A DNA stretch of 63,771 nucleotides, counting the filler, from Licmophora abbreviata (Eukaryota): the NCBI GenBank assembly GCA_900291995.1. It is 13 parts of 13 records of this genome, joined end to end, with 100 filler letters (N's around TTAATTAATTAA, not from the genome) between each part and the next. Parts side by side here need not be neighbours in the genome. Positions count along the whole stretch, not along the records: positions 30,931 to 38,972 come from OLMU01001984.1; positions 39,073 to 41,678 come from OLMU01001985.1; positions 41,779 to 47,198 come from OLMU01001986.1; positions 47,299 to 52,718 come from OLMU01001987.1; 9 more parts are not named here. One strand, given 5' to 3'. A program made the translations under genes and the position numbers. The notes under the pieces were generated by a model. That model did not search any database. It was not told the origin of the DNA and saw nothing but the letters and a program-made list of their open reading frames with translations. Shown one piece after another: positions 37,193-47,782 of the stretch (within the stretch, counting starts at the first letter, position 1; each line of letters opens with the position of its first letter).

Positions 37193-38791
37193 ATGCTCGC
37201 TAGTAGGAAAATTGCTATCCAAAAAGTCGGCATCGCAGCCGTTCGCTCCGGTCAACATCTACAGGCATGGCGGCCCATTACGACCTACTCGCAGTTCATC
37301 AATGGCGCCTGGACTGCCGATTCCTCTGATCTCATGGAGGTCGAGAACCCATCAACCCATGAAGTTCTCTCCATGGTGCCCAAAGGAACCGCCGCCGAAG
37401 CTGAAGCGGCTCTCCTGGCTGCTCAAGCCGCCCAACCTGCATGGGAGGCGAAACCTGTGGTGGAACGAGGACGTGTCCTCAAACAGCTGGGAGCTCTCAT
37501 GGCGGAGAAGAGAGAATTCCTCGCCGAGACATTGGCAGCTGAACAAGCAAAAATCATGGGTTTGGCACAGGTCGAAATTGATGCGAGCATTGAGTATCTG
37601 GATTACTATGCGGGCTGGGCTCGAAAGTACGAGGGCGAAATCATTCAATCGGATGATCCAAAGGAGCAAATTTACCTTCATCGAGTGCCATTAGGAGTCA
37701 GCGTTGGAATATGTCCGTGGAACTTTCCGTAAGTATCTCTGTACACTTTCGAGCCGCTTGTGTTGTAGATCAAACAACAAGATGCAGGTCCAACTTACCA
37801 CTTCTCCCATCCGCCTTCGCAGTATCTTTGTCATGATGCGGAAAATTGCCCCAGCCATATTGACAGGAAATACTGTTGTCGTCAAGACCAGCGAGTTCAC
37901 GCCCAACACGAGCTTCGAGATTGCCAAGCTTCTTAATGATGCGGGAGTGCCACCGGGGGTCGTCAATGTCGTAGTGGGAGAAGGAAAAACCATCGGACAG
38001 GGGCTCATTGAGAGCAATATTCCCAGCATTGTTTCCATGACGGGATCTGTCAAGACCGGACAACACATCATGAAGACGGTTGCGCCTAATCTGACCAAGG
38101 TCAATTTGGAACTGGGCGGCAAGGCTCCGGTGGTGGTGATGAACGATGCGGATATCGACCTGGCCGTGGACGCGACATGGGCCTCTCGCATTATCTATAC
38201 CGGCCAAGTGTGCAACTGTGCCGAGCGCGTCTATGTCCAAGATTCGATCGCGGACGAATTTACAGAGAAACTTACCAATAAAATGGCTGGCACCAAAGTG
38301 GGCATGCCCGAGGCGGAGGGTGTGGACATGTGTGGTCTCGTAAATCCAACTCAACTTGCTAAGGTATCGGGCATGGTGGAGAGGGCAGTCCAAACTGGCG
38401 CTGAGGTTCTGACGGGAGGAAAGATCAACCAAGAGCTTGGATCTGGGTACCATTTTGAGCCAACCGTGTTGACGAGAGTAAAACAGAGCGACGAGATTGT
38501 TCAGAGAGAAGTCTTTGGCCCTGTGTTACCCGTTCTGAAATTCCATGATCTCGATGAGGCTATGCAACTTGCCAACGACTGTGAGTATGGTTTGACCTCG
38601 TCCATCTTCACGAACAATGCGTCCATAGTTCACAAGGCCATGACTGCATTCAAATTTGGCGAGACATAAACCACTTTGAAGGAATCCAGGGCTTTCATGC
38701 GGGATGGCGCAAGTCGGGAATCGGTGGAACCGATGGGAAGCACGGTCTTTATGAATATCTTGGAACGCGTTGCGTATACTGGAAAGCATAA
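37193..38791 (+). CDS. aldA: AldA-like lactaldehyde/glycolaldehyde dehydrogenase with predicted mitochondrial presequence; intron 37729-37822; frame disruption near 38668
   Basis: [26 protein letters not shown], catalytic GQVCNCAER and EVFGPV. The shifted frame gives [25 protein letters not shown], matching the E. coli AldA C-terminus as I recall it. Confidence 0.88.
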
Positions 38792-38972
38792 ACGAAGCTG
38801 CAGTCGATATTTCTCATTTCTCGCGGCGCGACATGACGCAAATGATACAAACGCACAGAGGCTTCACGGATATCGAGATCGTATAGAACGTGTTCTTACA
38901 GTTGAAACAGACGTGTGGTACTGTACATGTACAGTACACAAGCAGTCGAAAAGAACAATGCAATATGTTACT

Positions 38973-39072
38973 NNNNNNNNNNNNNNNNNNNNNNNNNNNN
39001 NNNNNNNNNNNNNNNNTTAATTAATTAANNNNNNNNNNNNNNNNNNNNNNNNNNNNNNNNNNNNNNNNNNNN
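38973..39072. other. Artificial scaffold spacer
   Basis: Same linker. Confidence 0.98.
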
Positions 39073-39095
39073 CTTGAGCTCGAGAGAAACCCCTT

Positions 39096-39923
39096 CTACC
39101 GGTACAACAACGGTCTCCGCTCATCATGAGGAACCACAGAAGCACTAGTATCCTCTTCGGACAGGTCTGGCACACGAGGAGCTGGCGTCTTTTCCATCCC
39201 CAAAAGTTCGGCGGACAAATACCATTCCGTGACAAACACGGCCGTAACTATTGCCAAGACAAAACTTTGATCAAACATTTCATATGTAATAGCCGCATCA
39301 TGATACTCTTGTGGCGTCTCCATCATGAGCGATGGCGCAGGATCCAAGAACGTCCAACCAGCCTGACGCAGTAAAATGAGAACGAGTAACCAGAATCGTT
39401 GCAAAACAATAGTGTGATTGTACCCCACGAGCCGCAACACCCAGAATTTGTGTCTGGGTATATCTCGATGAATGGCATAGTAAAATGCAAAGGCCATGCA
39501 GTATGTCACGGCCACAGCAAGCAGGAAGGAGGCCAGCTTGATAATGGGAGAATGGGAGGTACATGCCATTCCTAGACCACTCAACACTTGTGCTAGTGCA
39601 ACAAAGAGAAGAAGTCGTCCCAGAGCGCGATGAAACCATTTGTACTTGTGGCGAATGCTGGGGATAAGTTGGAAGAAATACAAGTTCCACCACAGGAAGG
39701 CGCCCAGCACGTGAGGAACGAGGAAGATGTAGCGACGGTCGGAGTAGTAGGACTTCGCAACTTTGTCCAGGGGCTCTGTGTCGCCATCATCGGTTGTCAG
39801 GTTTTGCAGCGCGTGGCGACGATCCCAGAAGTGAATTCCAATGAGCGGACCCATCGACATGAACCACGAGACGACGAACAGGAGGACCATCCAACAGATC
39901 ACGACCTTTGTTCGAGTATTCAT
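39096..39923 (-). CDS. DUF2306-like polytopic membrane protein
   Basis: PHVLG, FQL..IR.K...FHRALGR and DIPRHKFWVLR His motifs; about 6-7 hydrophobic segments. Confidence 0.7.
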   Translation of the reverse strand: MNTRTKVVICWMVLLFVVSWFMSMGPLIGIHFWDRRHALQNLTTDDGDTEPLDKVAKSYYSDRRYIFLVPHVLGAFLWWNLYFFQLIPSIRHKYKWFHRALGRLLLFVALAQVLSGLGMACTSHSPIIKLASFLLAVAVTYCMAFAFYYAIHRDIPRHKFWVLRLVGYNHTIVLQRFWLLVLILLRQAGWTFLDPAPSLMMETPQEYHDAAITYEMFDQSFVLAIVTAVFVTEWYLSAELLGMEKTPAPRVPDLSEEDTSASVVPHDERRPLLYR

Positions 39924-40369
39924 CTTTTAGACTGCCTGAAGCCGTGTTGTTTCCCACAAAGGAAAATATTGTGAGAGCTGAAATGGCAAGCAGACTAGAC
40001 AATACAGACAGATCGGTGTCGATAGGAACATAGTGGAACACTTGCCCATCATCCATCACTTCAGCCGGCGGCCACGGATGACGCGAGTTTTTTCTCGCCA
40101 CATCATCGCGCGACCCTCTGGGTCTTGGGCAAAGGTAAAAAAACACAAAAAGCCACAGTCCGTCCGTTGCCAATCGTCTCACGTCGTCTGCCGGCCTTCG
40201 CTCAAAAACTTGAACCGTCCGTCGAAACCTATCGCAATCCATCATATTTCGTTTACGACCCATGTTGGCGATAGGCGAGCTCACTGTCAGCAACAATCAC
40301 GGCCAGCTTCTTCAAGAAAATCCATATCTACCATCATCACTCATAAAGTTTCTAAGGAGAGAATCCACT

Positions 40370-40831
40370 ATGCTACCTGACAAAGTCTATGCTCGTTACT
40401 ACGTCGAAGATTGCACCACCTGCAGTGATGGAGAATTCGACAGGGCAGACGATTGTGATGGTGCCGAATGTGGCGAATGCCAAGGCGTCATGTGCAATGA
40501 GTGCGTGGACGAGAAACGATGCATTGTCTGCGACGAGAAAAACAATGATGGTACGGCGACGAGATGGCTCGAAGAAGCCATGTGTGATTCGTGCGAAGAG
40601 AACTGCCAAGAGTGCGGCATTTCATTTCATCGCAAGTGCAAAGCCGAACACCTGATGAGCTGTGACAAGATAACCCGCGCGAAGCGAGCTCTAGAGACCG
40701 CCGCAGTCACCATCAAAAGCAAGGAGTTCGATCTCAAAAGAACACACAAGAAGGCCAAAGCGTTGGAAGCAGAGATTCGCATGGCAAAACGCGCAAAGTT
40801 TGAGGCAGAGGAAGAGCTGAAGTACTTGTGA
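40370..40831 (+). CDS. Small Cys-rich putative zinc-binding protein with C-terminal coiled coil
   Basis: Multiple CxxC pairs (CTTC, CGEC, CNEC, CIVC, CDSC, CQEC) plus H..C..H...C, then a heptad-like basic helix. Confidence 0.6.
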   Translation: MLPDKVYARYYVEDCTTCSDGEFDRADDCDGAECGECQGVMCNECVDEKRCIVCDEKNNDGTATRWLEEAMCDSCEENCQECGISFHRKCKAEHLMSCDKITRAKRALETAAVTIKSKEFDLKRTHKKAKALEAEIRMAKRAKFEAEEELKYL

Positions 40832-40875
40832 TTATCAAAAGCGATTCTCGAAAAAGAAAATTGCTGTAGCTCGTA

Positions 40876-41646
40876 TCATTTACTCTTCTTCTTCTTGGTC
40901 TTGCTCGTAACCCACCACTGTCGTGCAATCGACTGGACATGCTCCTCTTCCTTTCGCTTGTGCAGCATATATCCTGCTAGGGTGCCCACCAAGGCCCCCG
41001 TGAGATGCGCATGGTGCGACACACCATCGCCACTAAACAGCAGCTTGTAGACTTCATCACTCATCCATAAAAAGGCAGTCAACACAAAACTCACTGGTAT
41101 CTTGCCAGACTTGGCAGCCACGAGCGAATTCAAGAGAATGAGCGAAAAGCAAATGCCGCTGGCACCAAGCTGGTACGAGTGGGCTCGCCCCAAGACGATA
41201 TGAGCCAATGCAGATGTGACGGCCACCAAGACAAAGACAAACAAAAGTTCTTGGGATCCAAAGGCATGCTCGGCACTTGGACCCACCAACAGAAGATTCA
41301 CCATATTGCCTTTGAGATGGTTCAACCCGTCATGACCAAAGACATGTGTAAAGAGTCGGATGTACTGCATGACCGAGAAGGCTTGAAACGTATCTCGAAC
41401 TCCGAGAGTCGCCGAGATGCCTGGCAATATCGTAACATTCAAAACATGAAGAGTGACACAGGCCAGTACAAACCCCACTACCACTGGCGCTTCAATCGAG
41501 AGGCGCCGCAATACGTGCTGGGACAATCCTCGCCCTACGGCGCCCTTCGTTTCGACCCAATCACAAATCTTGTCCCACTGTGCCTCCATCACTTCCGAAG
41601 CAGAAGTAGTAGAGGGCGGAGGACCAGTCTTCTTGTTTCCAAACAT
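40876..41646 (-). CDS. Rhomboid-family intramembrane serine protease
   Basis: FTHVFGH...HLKGNM, catalytic GASG and HLTGA; about 6 TM segments. Confidence 0.88.
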   Translation of the reverse strand: MFGNKKTGPPPSTTSASEVMEAQWDKICDWVETKGAVGRGLSQHVLRRLSIEAPVVVGFVLACVTLHVLNVTILPGISATLGVRDTFQAFSVMQYIRLFTHVFGHDGLNHLKGNMVNLLLVGPSAEHAFGSQELLFVFVLVAVTSALAHIVLGRAHSYQLGASGICFSLILLNSLVAAKSGKIPVSFVLTAFLWMSDEVYKLLFSGDGVSHHAHLTGALVGTLAGYMLHKRKEEEHVQSIARQWWVTSKTKKKKSK

Positions 41647-41678
41647 GATTCTAGCAGGACACCACTCTCGTGTTGGTT

Positions 41679-41778
41679 NNNNNNNNNNNNNNNNNNNNNN
41701 NNNNNNNNNNNNNNNNNNNNNNTTAATTAATTAANNNNNNNNNNNNNNNNNNNNNNNNNNNNNNNNNNNNNNNNNNNN
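41679..41778. other. Artificial scaffold spacer
   Basis: Same linker. Confidence 0.98.
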
Positions 41779-41798
41779 GCGTAAACAGTCCATCATTC

Positions 41799-42530
41799 AT
41801 GGGAGGAGCAGCTTCACGATTCGACGAGACCGACTGGGACGCCGCGGACGGCGGTTTGAAGGAAGCGCGTGACACCCTCGACGGGTCCCCGCCCACCACG
41901 AGTCACACAATTGTCACCCTGACCAAACAAAATCTCGTCAACCAGCGAGCCTATGACGTTCGTGACGATCGAGGGGTACTGCTCTATACTACGCGTGGTG
42001 TCCAGGGCACATCGAAATGCTTCGAAGTCTTGGGAAAAGGCAATGAGCAGCTCTTTCGAGTCCAAACCGACCTGCTGCGCGTCAGCTGGGACATTCTAGC
42101 CTACAAGCCCTGTTTTGCAGGACAGCAACCCGACATTGTAGCTTCCCACAAGGCTGGAGAGGCCTTGTATCGCAAGGCGAAGATTGTCATTACCTGGGAC
42201 AAGCATCACGGACACGTCTATCTCTGTGTAGCGCCCGATAGTAGTAGTCAAGAACCCATGGATTCTGCAGGTGTCATCAAGGAAGAGAATCCAATTTTAA
42301 AGGTGGAGGAAATTCGAAGCATCACGGCACAGTATCAGAGCTTTATCCCCAAAGGACCGATTGATCTGCCGCACCCATCGCTCGTAGGACATTGGTTGTG
42401 GGAGCATACGGTCAATGTCCATCGAATGAAGATGCATTTGGGCAAGAATGCGGATCTTAGCTTGCACTGCATCGCGGCGGTTGTAACAAATATGGTGCAA
42501 TTGGAGCGTACTGTTGGTGGAGAAGTGTAG
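41799..42530 (+). CDS. Hypothetical protein, possibly LOR/tubby-C/scramblase-like, with N-myristoylation motif
   Basis: MGGAAS start, beta-strand pattern (AYDVRDDRGVLLY) and terminal helix ADLSLHCIAAVV. Confidence 0.55.
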   Translation: MGGAASRFDETDWDAADGGLKEARDTLDGSPPTTSHTIVTLTKQNLVNQRAYDVRDDRGVLLYTTRGVQGTSKCFEVLGKGNEQLFRVQTDLLRVSWDILAYKPCFAGQQPDIVASHKAGEALYRKAKIVITWDKHHGHVYLCVAPDSSSQEPMDSAGVIKEENPILKVEEIRSITAQYQSFIPKGPIDLPHPSLVGHWLWEHTVNVHRMKMHLGKNADLSLHCIAAVVTNMVQLERTVGGEV

Positions 42531-42967
42531 AGTACGTTGTACAAGGACGACTTGTTTGGCTACGGCGAGTCGCGTCGACCGAAGACGAATACAACAAGTG
42601 CAAGTCGGATGAGCATGGTCCGCGAATCTTGTATCCTATTTAGTAGCACTTCATTACTATAGGATATCTATGGATTCACAATGGACATGACCACGTGAAA
42701 GGTGTGTTTGCAGCGTCGGTGGATGTCGCCATAAACAGTCGGAGTCCTGGGCAAGGTAGTTTTGAAACGGTGCGGATAGATCCTTCGTTTCGGAAGCTAC
42801 AACTTCCGGTACCTGGTGCACATGGGATAATCCGTGTACCAGTAGACTGAACCTGGTTGCTGAACCGCGTCTCCGCACAAACGGTGTAACACCTAAAAAC
42901 TCTGGAATCGAATCGTATGAAAGAGTGTATCATAGTCTACGAGTAGTCGCGCGCGAGCAAGAAAGTA

Positions 42968-43077
42968 GACTTGACTGACTCGACTCGACTCACTCGACGC
43001 ACTCGACTCGACGCACTCGACTGACTCGACTCACTTGACTGACTCGACTCGACTCTAGACTCGACTCGACTCACTCA
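42968..43077. repeat. Degenerate (GACTC)n / (GACT)n microsatellite
   Basis: gacttgactgactcgactcgactcactcgacgcactcgactcg... over about 110 bp. Confidence 0.9.
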
Positions 43078-43269
43078 TCCAGGACGACTGCGGTCGCGCG
43101 AATGGAATGTGAATCGAATGAATCGATTCGAATCAATCCGCTTGCATCCGAATCATTCGATCTGAACTTCTTTTCCATGACAAAGACGTGAGACCATGAC
43201 GGATGACGGCGGCTGCTATCATATCGCCATACAAGTACAGAAGGTCCTCCTCGATCGTCGCAGCCCCCA

Positions 43270-44007
43270 ATGCGACGGCCTATCACAGTTCATGTTCTTA
43301 GTTTACAACTACTGATCCTTCTTTCGCGCCGTGTGGTCAATACATTTTCTGTCCCTTTTGGAATGACAGTCCTTAGACCTACGGAGGTGCAGCGGAGGCG
43401 GCTGATTCTATTGGATCGCGATGGCGTTGTCAACAGAGATGTCGGATCCCCCGGCGTGATTCAGAAGTCTCAATTCCACTTGACACCTCATGCTGCCTCT
43501 GCTATCGGTAGACTCAAACGAGCCGGATGCATAGTAGTACTCGTAACAAACCAGAGCTGTGTGGGAAAGGGACTCCTCAGCAAAGCAGATCTTGGCGAGA
43601 TCCATGAAGCCATGAAGGTGCAGCTTGCCCGACAAGATGCCGAAGCCATTCTGGATTCCATTTACTACTGCACTTCACTGAATAACTCAAACGACCCCCG
43701 CATGAAACCTGCACCGGGAATGATTCTAGAAGCTTGTCGTGATTTCCATGTGTCGCCTTCCAACTGCGTCTTGATTGGCGACTCGATCCGTGATTTGCAA
43801 GCCGCTCGTGCTGCAGGAGTCACTAGAAGGATCCTAGTGTCGACCGGGTACGGAGCATCGATCATGGGTCGGTTACCAACAACCGTAGAAGACATACAAG
43901 AAGCAGAGTTTCAAATGAACGTGCCCTCAGAAGTTATGCCTTTTGTCTACGCGAAGAACTTGGACCAGGCCGCCAGCTATCTGCTGGAGGAAAGCTTCCA
44001 CGTCTAA
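43270..44007 (+). CDS. gmhB: HAD subfamily IIIA phosphatase (GmhB/HisB-N-like) with signal + F leader
   Basis: LLDRDGVVN, VTNQS, KPAPGMI, IGDSIRD and VSTGYG motifs. Leader ...LLILLSRRVVNT-F. Confidence 0.8.
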   Translation: MRRPITVHVLSLQLLILLSRRVVNTFSVPFGMTVLRPTEVQRRRLILLDRDGVVNRDVGSPGVIQKSQFHLTPHAASAIGRLKRAGCIVVLVTNQSCVGKGLLSKADLGEIHEAMKVQLARQDAEAILDSIYYCTSLNNSNDPRMKPAPGMILEACRDFHVSPSNCVLIGDSIRDLQAARAAGVTRRILVSTGYGASIMGRLPTTVEDIQEAEFQMNVPSEVMPFVYAKNLDQAASYLLEESFHV

Positions 44008-44125
44008 GGCGTTGACGCCATACGCGGTCTTGGATTCTCGTTCATGTCATCATAGGTACACGACAAGGCGTCTTTCTATGTTATTCTACTATAATTGCTA
44101 GCAACGTTTTTTGGTTGCCCTAAAC

Positions 44126-45516
44126 CTAAGCAACGGCGTCGTTGACACGCCGCGTTTGTACATCGCTCGACACACCCTCGTCCTCTACCAGAGAACGACG
44201 TCCGCCACCCGCGCCTCCCATGCCACCACCTCCAGCACTGCCACCTCGACCGTTGTTGCCGCCTCTGCCGCGACCACCGTCATCCGGAAGGGCACCCGAG
44301 GATACCTTGCGGCAAGTACGCGTTATCCCTCCCGTCCGAGGCGTCTCACAGACTCCCGAACAGCACTCCGATCCATCGTAGGCTGTACAGATTTCTCCAC
44401 CCCCCAAGAGATCGCAGTTGCCCTCGTTGCTGAATACACTGGGTGTTGCTCCACAAATTTCGAGATTGGTCGTAGCGGCCCGGGGGTCGTTGCATATGAT
44501 TTTCTCCAGCCAGTCCACGTGAAACCTGGTCGACGCATACACTCCTGGGTAATTTCTACGAGCACACCCGACGCCCCACGACGTGGCACCGACCAGATAA
44601 GGAATATCATTTCGCCAAAGAATAGCAGGTCCTAAAGTAAACAAAAGACGAGCATGTGAGCACTTGCGGATGCTCACAAAAAGCAACAGTGTAGAAGCAG
44701 ATTGTGATTCGTCGTACCTCCCGAATCTCCAATGCACGCATCCTTTCCGCCTTCCAAGGCCCCGGCACACACCATGTCTGGTTTGAGCTGATTGGTACCA
44801 AAGTACTGTCTACATTGCTCAAAGGGAAAGAACGGAACCGTGACCTGCTGAAGCTCCTCTACATACTTTCCATTCTCCCTGACATCGTTCTCCGAGGTTC
44901 TACCAAAGCCATACACATCCGTCGGTTCCCCCAGTACGTATTGGAAGTTAGCCCCGGGGATCTGCGCTGGCGAGATCTCAGCCATTTGTGCGTCCGTCAT
45001 ACACTGTTCAAACACCAGTATAGATAGATCACCTTCATTGGTGCGCTCGTCGTAGGCCTCATTGAAGATCGTTTCGACTGCCGTGACATGATACGGCTCA
45101 ATCAGTTGCGGCGTTGCGTCTTGTGCTCGGAACGCGTGGGCCCCGACCATGACACCGGTAATGCGACCACAGTGCGCAGCGCAGACGGCGGCACAGTTGG
45201 ACACGAGAGTCGCGCCGCAGCCCCGGAACTGGCCTGGAGGGTTCGAGTCACTTAAATTGCTCAAGGTCATGACGAAAAAGGAGCTCTTGGCTGAATCGGC
45301 AGGAAAACCACCCACAATGCGATTTTCTGCTTCGTCTTCTTGGGGCAATGTGACAATGGTAGTTCCACCGAGACTGGCCTCGTAGTCCTTTGTGGAAAAC
45401 AACGGCGATTGACTCAGGTCTCCCAGCAGTTCTCTGGTGCCTCGTAGATTTTCCGCGAAACATAGCTTTTCTAATGTGGAGAGGAGTCCAACCAGAGCAA
45501 TGTGTCGAAGCAGCAT
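44126..45516 (-). CDS. Secreted trypsin-family (S1) serine protease with Cys-rich minidomain and Gly-rich tail; intron 44632-44717
   Basis: Signal peptide, R-IVGG activation site, AAHC, GDL, DACIGDSGGP across the intron, SWGVGCA and YPGVY. Confidence 0.93.
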
Positions 45517-45990
45517 GGTAGATTATGTTCTAGAAATGACAAGCCGTGGACAAGTATGAACTGCGCAATGATTCGATTCAATGCGCTCTATATCCATTCA
45601 ATAGGAAGTGTAATGAGTGGCGACGACCTGCCAAAGTTGCAAGTGAACCTGCCGACGTCCGACAAAAATCCGAGCAAGTCCACCACGTCGCGATACTCCG
45701 ATTGGCATTGGAACGGAGAAGTGTTTTTGATGTATTCAGACACTAATACCATTCTATGTACTCTCGGACCTTTGCAACGATTCAAAACTGTACGCTTGTC
45801 GTTTCAAATTCGTCATCCGTGTTCGAAATGGCGGTCATCCTTCGTCTGACGTGGGTGGGTCGGTCGAGACATTCTGCTGGGCCCGATGACTGCCAAGGCC
45901 ACACAGAACGACGCCGACTCTGTTAATTACGAACTGACATACCGGTACTTGTGTGTGTGTGTTGTGGACGATTGAGCACCCACGCTCATC

Positions 45991-47087
45991 ATGGCGAGAG
46001 TGTTGGAATTCATGCTACTGGCAGTGGCGTTCGTGTGCATGGTGACACTCCGTGCCACGAGCAAATTGATCAGCAGTGACCTGACTGTGCTGCCAGAAAT
46101 GTCCACGCTTCCATCGCCGCAGTCTCAGCGTGTCCTGTACTATCGACGAGACTGGGGACAATCCAGACCGACCACGTTTCTACTGGGTATCTTTACTGTA
46201 ATGGAAGACGTCAAGCGGAGACGGCTCATACGGGAAACGATGCTCGGATCTGATCTTCCTGTACATGTGAAGGACCGCGTGTGCTCACTTCAAGACTACT
46301 ACAAGAGCAGTAACAAGACTGATTGCCAGATCATCTACACCTTCGTCGTGGGAGGCAATCGGCATGCCAAGCCTGAGTACGATGACTTTTCGGGAAAACC
46401 CATGACGTTGGATCCATCGCAAATGTTGAAGCACGAAACAGATCTGTTATACCTCAATATCCGAGAGAACATGAACGACGGCAAAACTCCAACGTGGTTT
46501 TCCTATGCGTCCAGATACTTGGTGGAAGATCGAATTGATTATGTGGCCAAAGCAGACTCGGACACGTTGATAAGTATCCCCGAACTCTTGCACTTTGTGG
46601 ATCACGACTTGCCTGAGCGAACGCAGTCACACGACGAGGGTGCTGCTCTCGATGGACCCAAGGTCTACGGTGGCTACTTGAACGAGTTTGATAGCTGTGG
46701 CGGTGCCGGAGAGGTGTGCGATAAACTGCGTGGGAAAGTGTACATGAGCGGACAATTCTTCTGGCTGTCGTACGATCTGGTGCGTCACGTATCATCTCCC
46801 ATTATTCGGAACACCAACTTTGTCTACACACACAACGAAGACTTGGATATCGGGATGAAGGTGCTTCCTTCCCAGAACCAATCAAGCTGATTGCGTGTAA
46901 CAGTGCGCAGTTCTGGATGCATCCTGTAAAAGATGACAGAGAGTGGTTGAACGAATTCGAAGATAACTTCAAGAACAACTGGAAAGTATCTCATCAACAT
47001 TGGTGGAACGGTTTGTACGACGACAAACAGCAAAAGATCATGACAAAGACGACTGCTCAGTTTGCCCCTGACGTGGTAATAGATTGA
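45991..47087 (+). CDS. GT31-like (galactosyltransferase) type II membrane glycosyltransferase; apparent frameshift near 46866
   Basis: N-terminal TM, RRRLIRET, ENMNDGKT, DYVAKADSD (DxD), YMSGQF and NEDLDIG. One extra T extends it to FWMHPVK and a stop at 47087. Confidence 0.8.
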
Positions 47088-47198
47088 AGTTGGGTGTTGT
47101 GCTTCGCAACGCTGTTCGAATGGAGGCCAAGCATGATCAGAAGAAGGTTCCGCATGGACACAGATCCACCGTGACTGTCATCGAAAATCACCTCCGAC

Positions 47199-47298
47199 NN
47201 NNNNNNNNNNNNNNNNNNNNNNNNNNNNNNNNNNNNNNNNNNTTAATTAATTAANNNNNNNNNNNNNNNNNNNNNNNNNNNNNNNNNNNNNNNNNNNN
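47199..47298. other. Artificial scaffold spacer
   Basis: Same linker. Confidence 0.98.
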
Positions 47299-47782
47299 AC
47301 CCCATCGCATTCTCAGACCTTGCCTTTTCATCGAAACCTGGATGCAACTAGAAAATCGCAGTCTGAATACAGTGAACTGTACCGAAAGTGTAGTACTGTA
47401 TCAACGGTTGTGATCTACCGAGTACGACGTAAGCTATCTACGATGGAGATCAGAGGCATGAATATACTGGTTTATTGTAAAGAATAGATTTCAAAACACT
47501 CGACGATGGCATGACCTGTGCTTCCTTTTTCTTCTCTGAAACTATCTGAGATCATCCAAGAATTGTGTTTCCAACACCGATTCCAACCAACATTCAACAT
47601 ACCAGAAATCATGCTCCACGGAGATTTCACTTTTCTCATACATTGTTCTCACTACCCAATTTACATTCAACGCTTTTCCCGCTGGATACAGCTCCACACT
47701 TACACAGAGGCACCGTCTCGACGGCCCCAGTGAGCTCGAAACTGCACTACACGCGCAACTCCGCGTAACATCAAAAATCTCC

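Noticed and set aside
26530..38791. A methylglyoxal/lactaldehyde pathway cluster formed by the VOC protein and AldA
   Set aside because: The genes are 10 kb and several unrelated genes apart, and the VOC protein is not a recognisable glyoxalase I.
42560..43200. Possible small spliced minus-strand gene with the microsatellite as intron start
   Set aside because: Donor and acceptor-like sites exist, but no frame gives a recognisable or convincingly coding product.
26530..44007. Bacterial contamination explaining the bacterial-type genes
   Set aside because: The VOC and aldA genes have spliceosomal introns and targeting leaders and share contigs with intron-containing eukaryotic genes. The GmhB-like gene shares a contig with the spliced trypsin gene.
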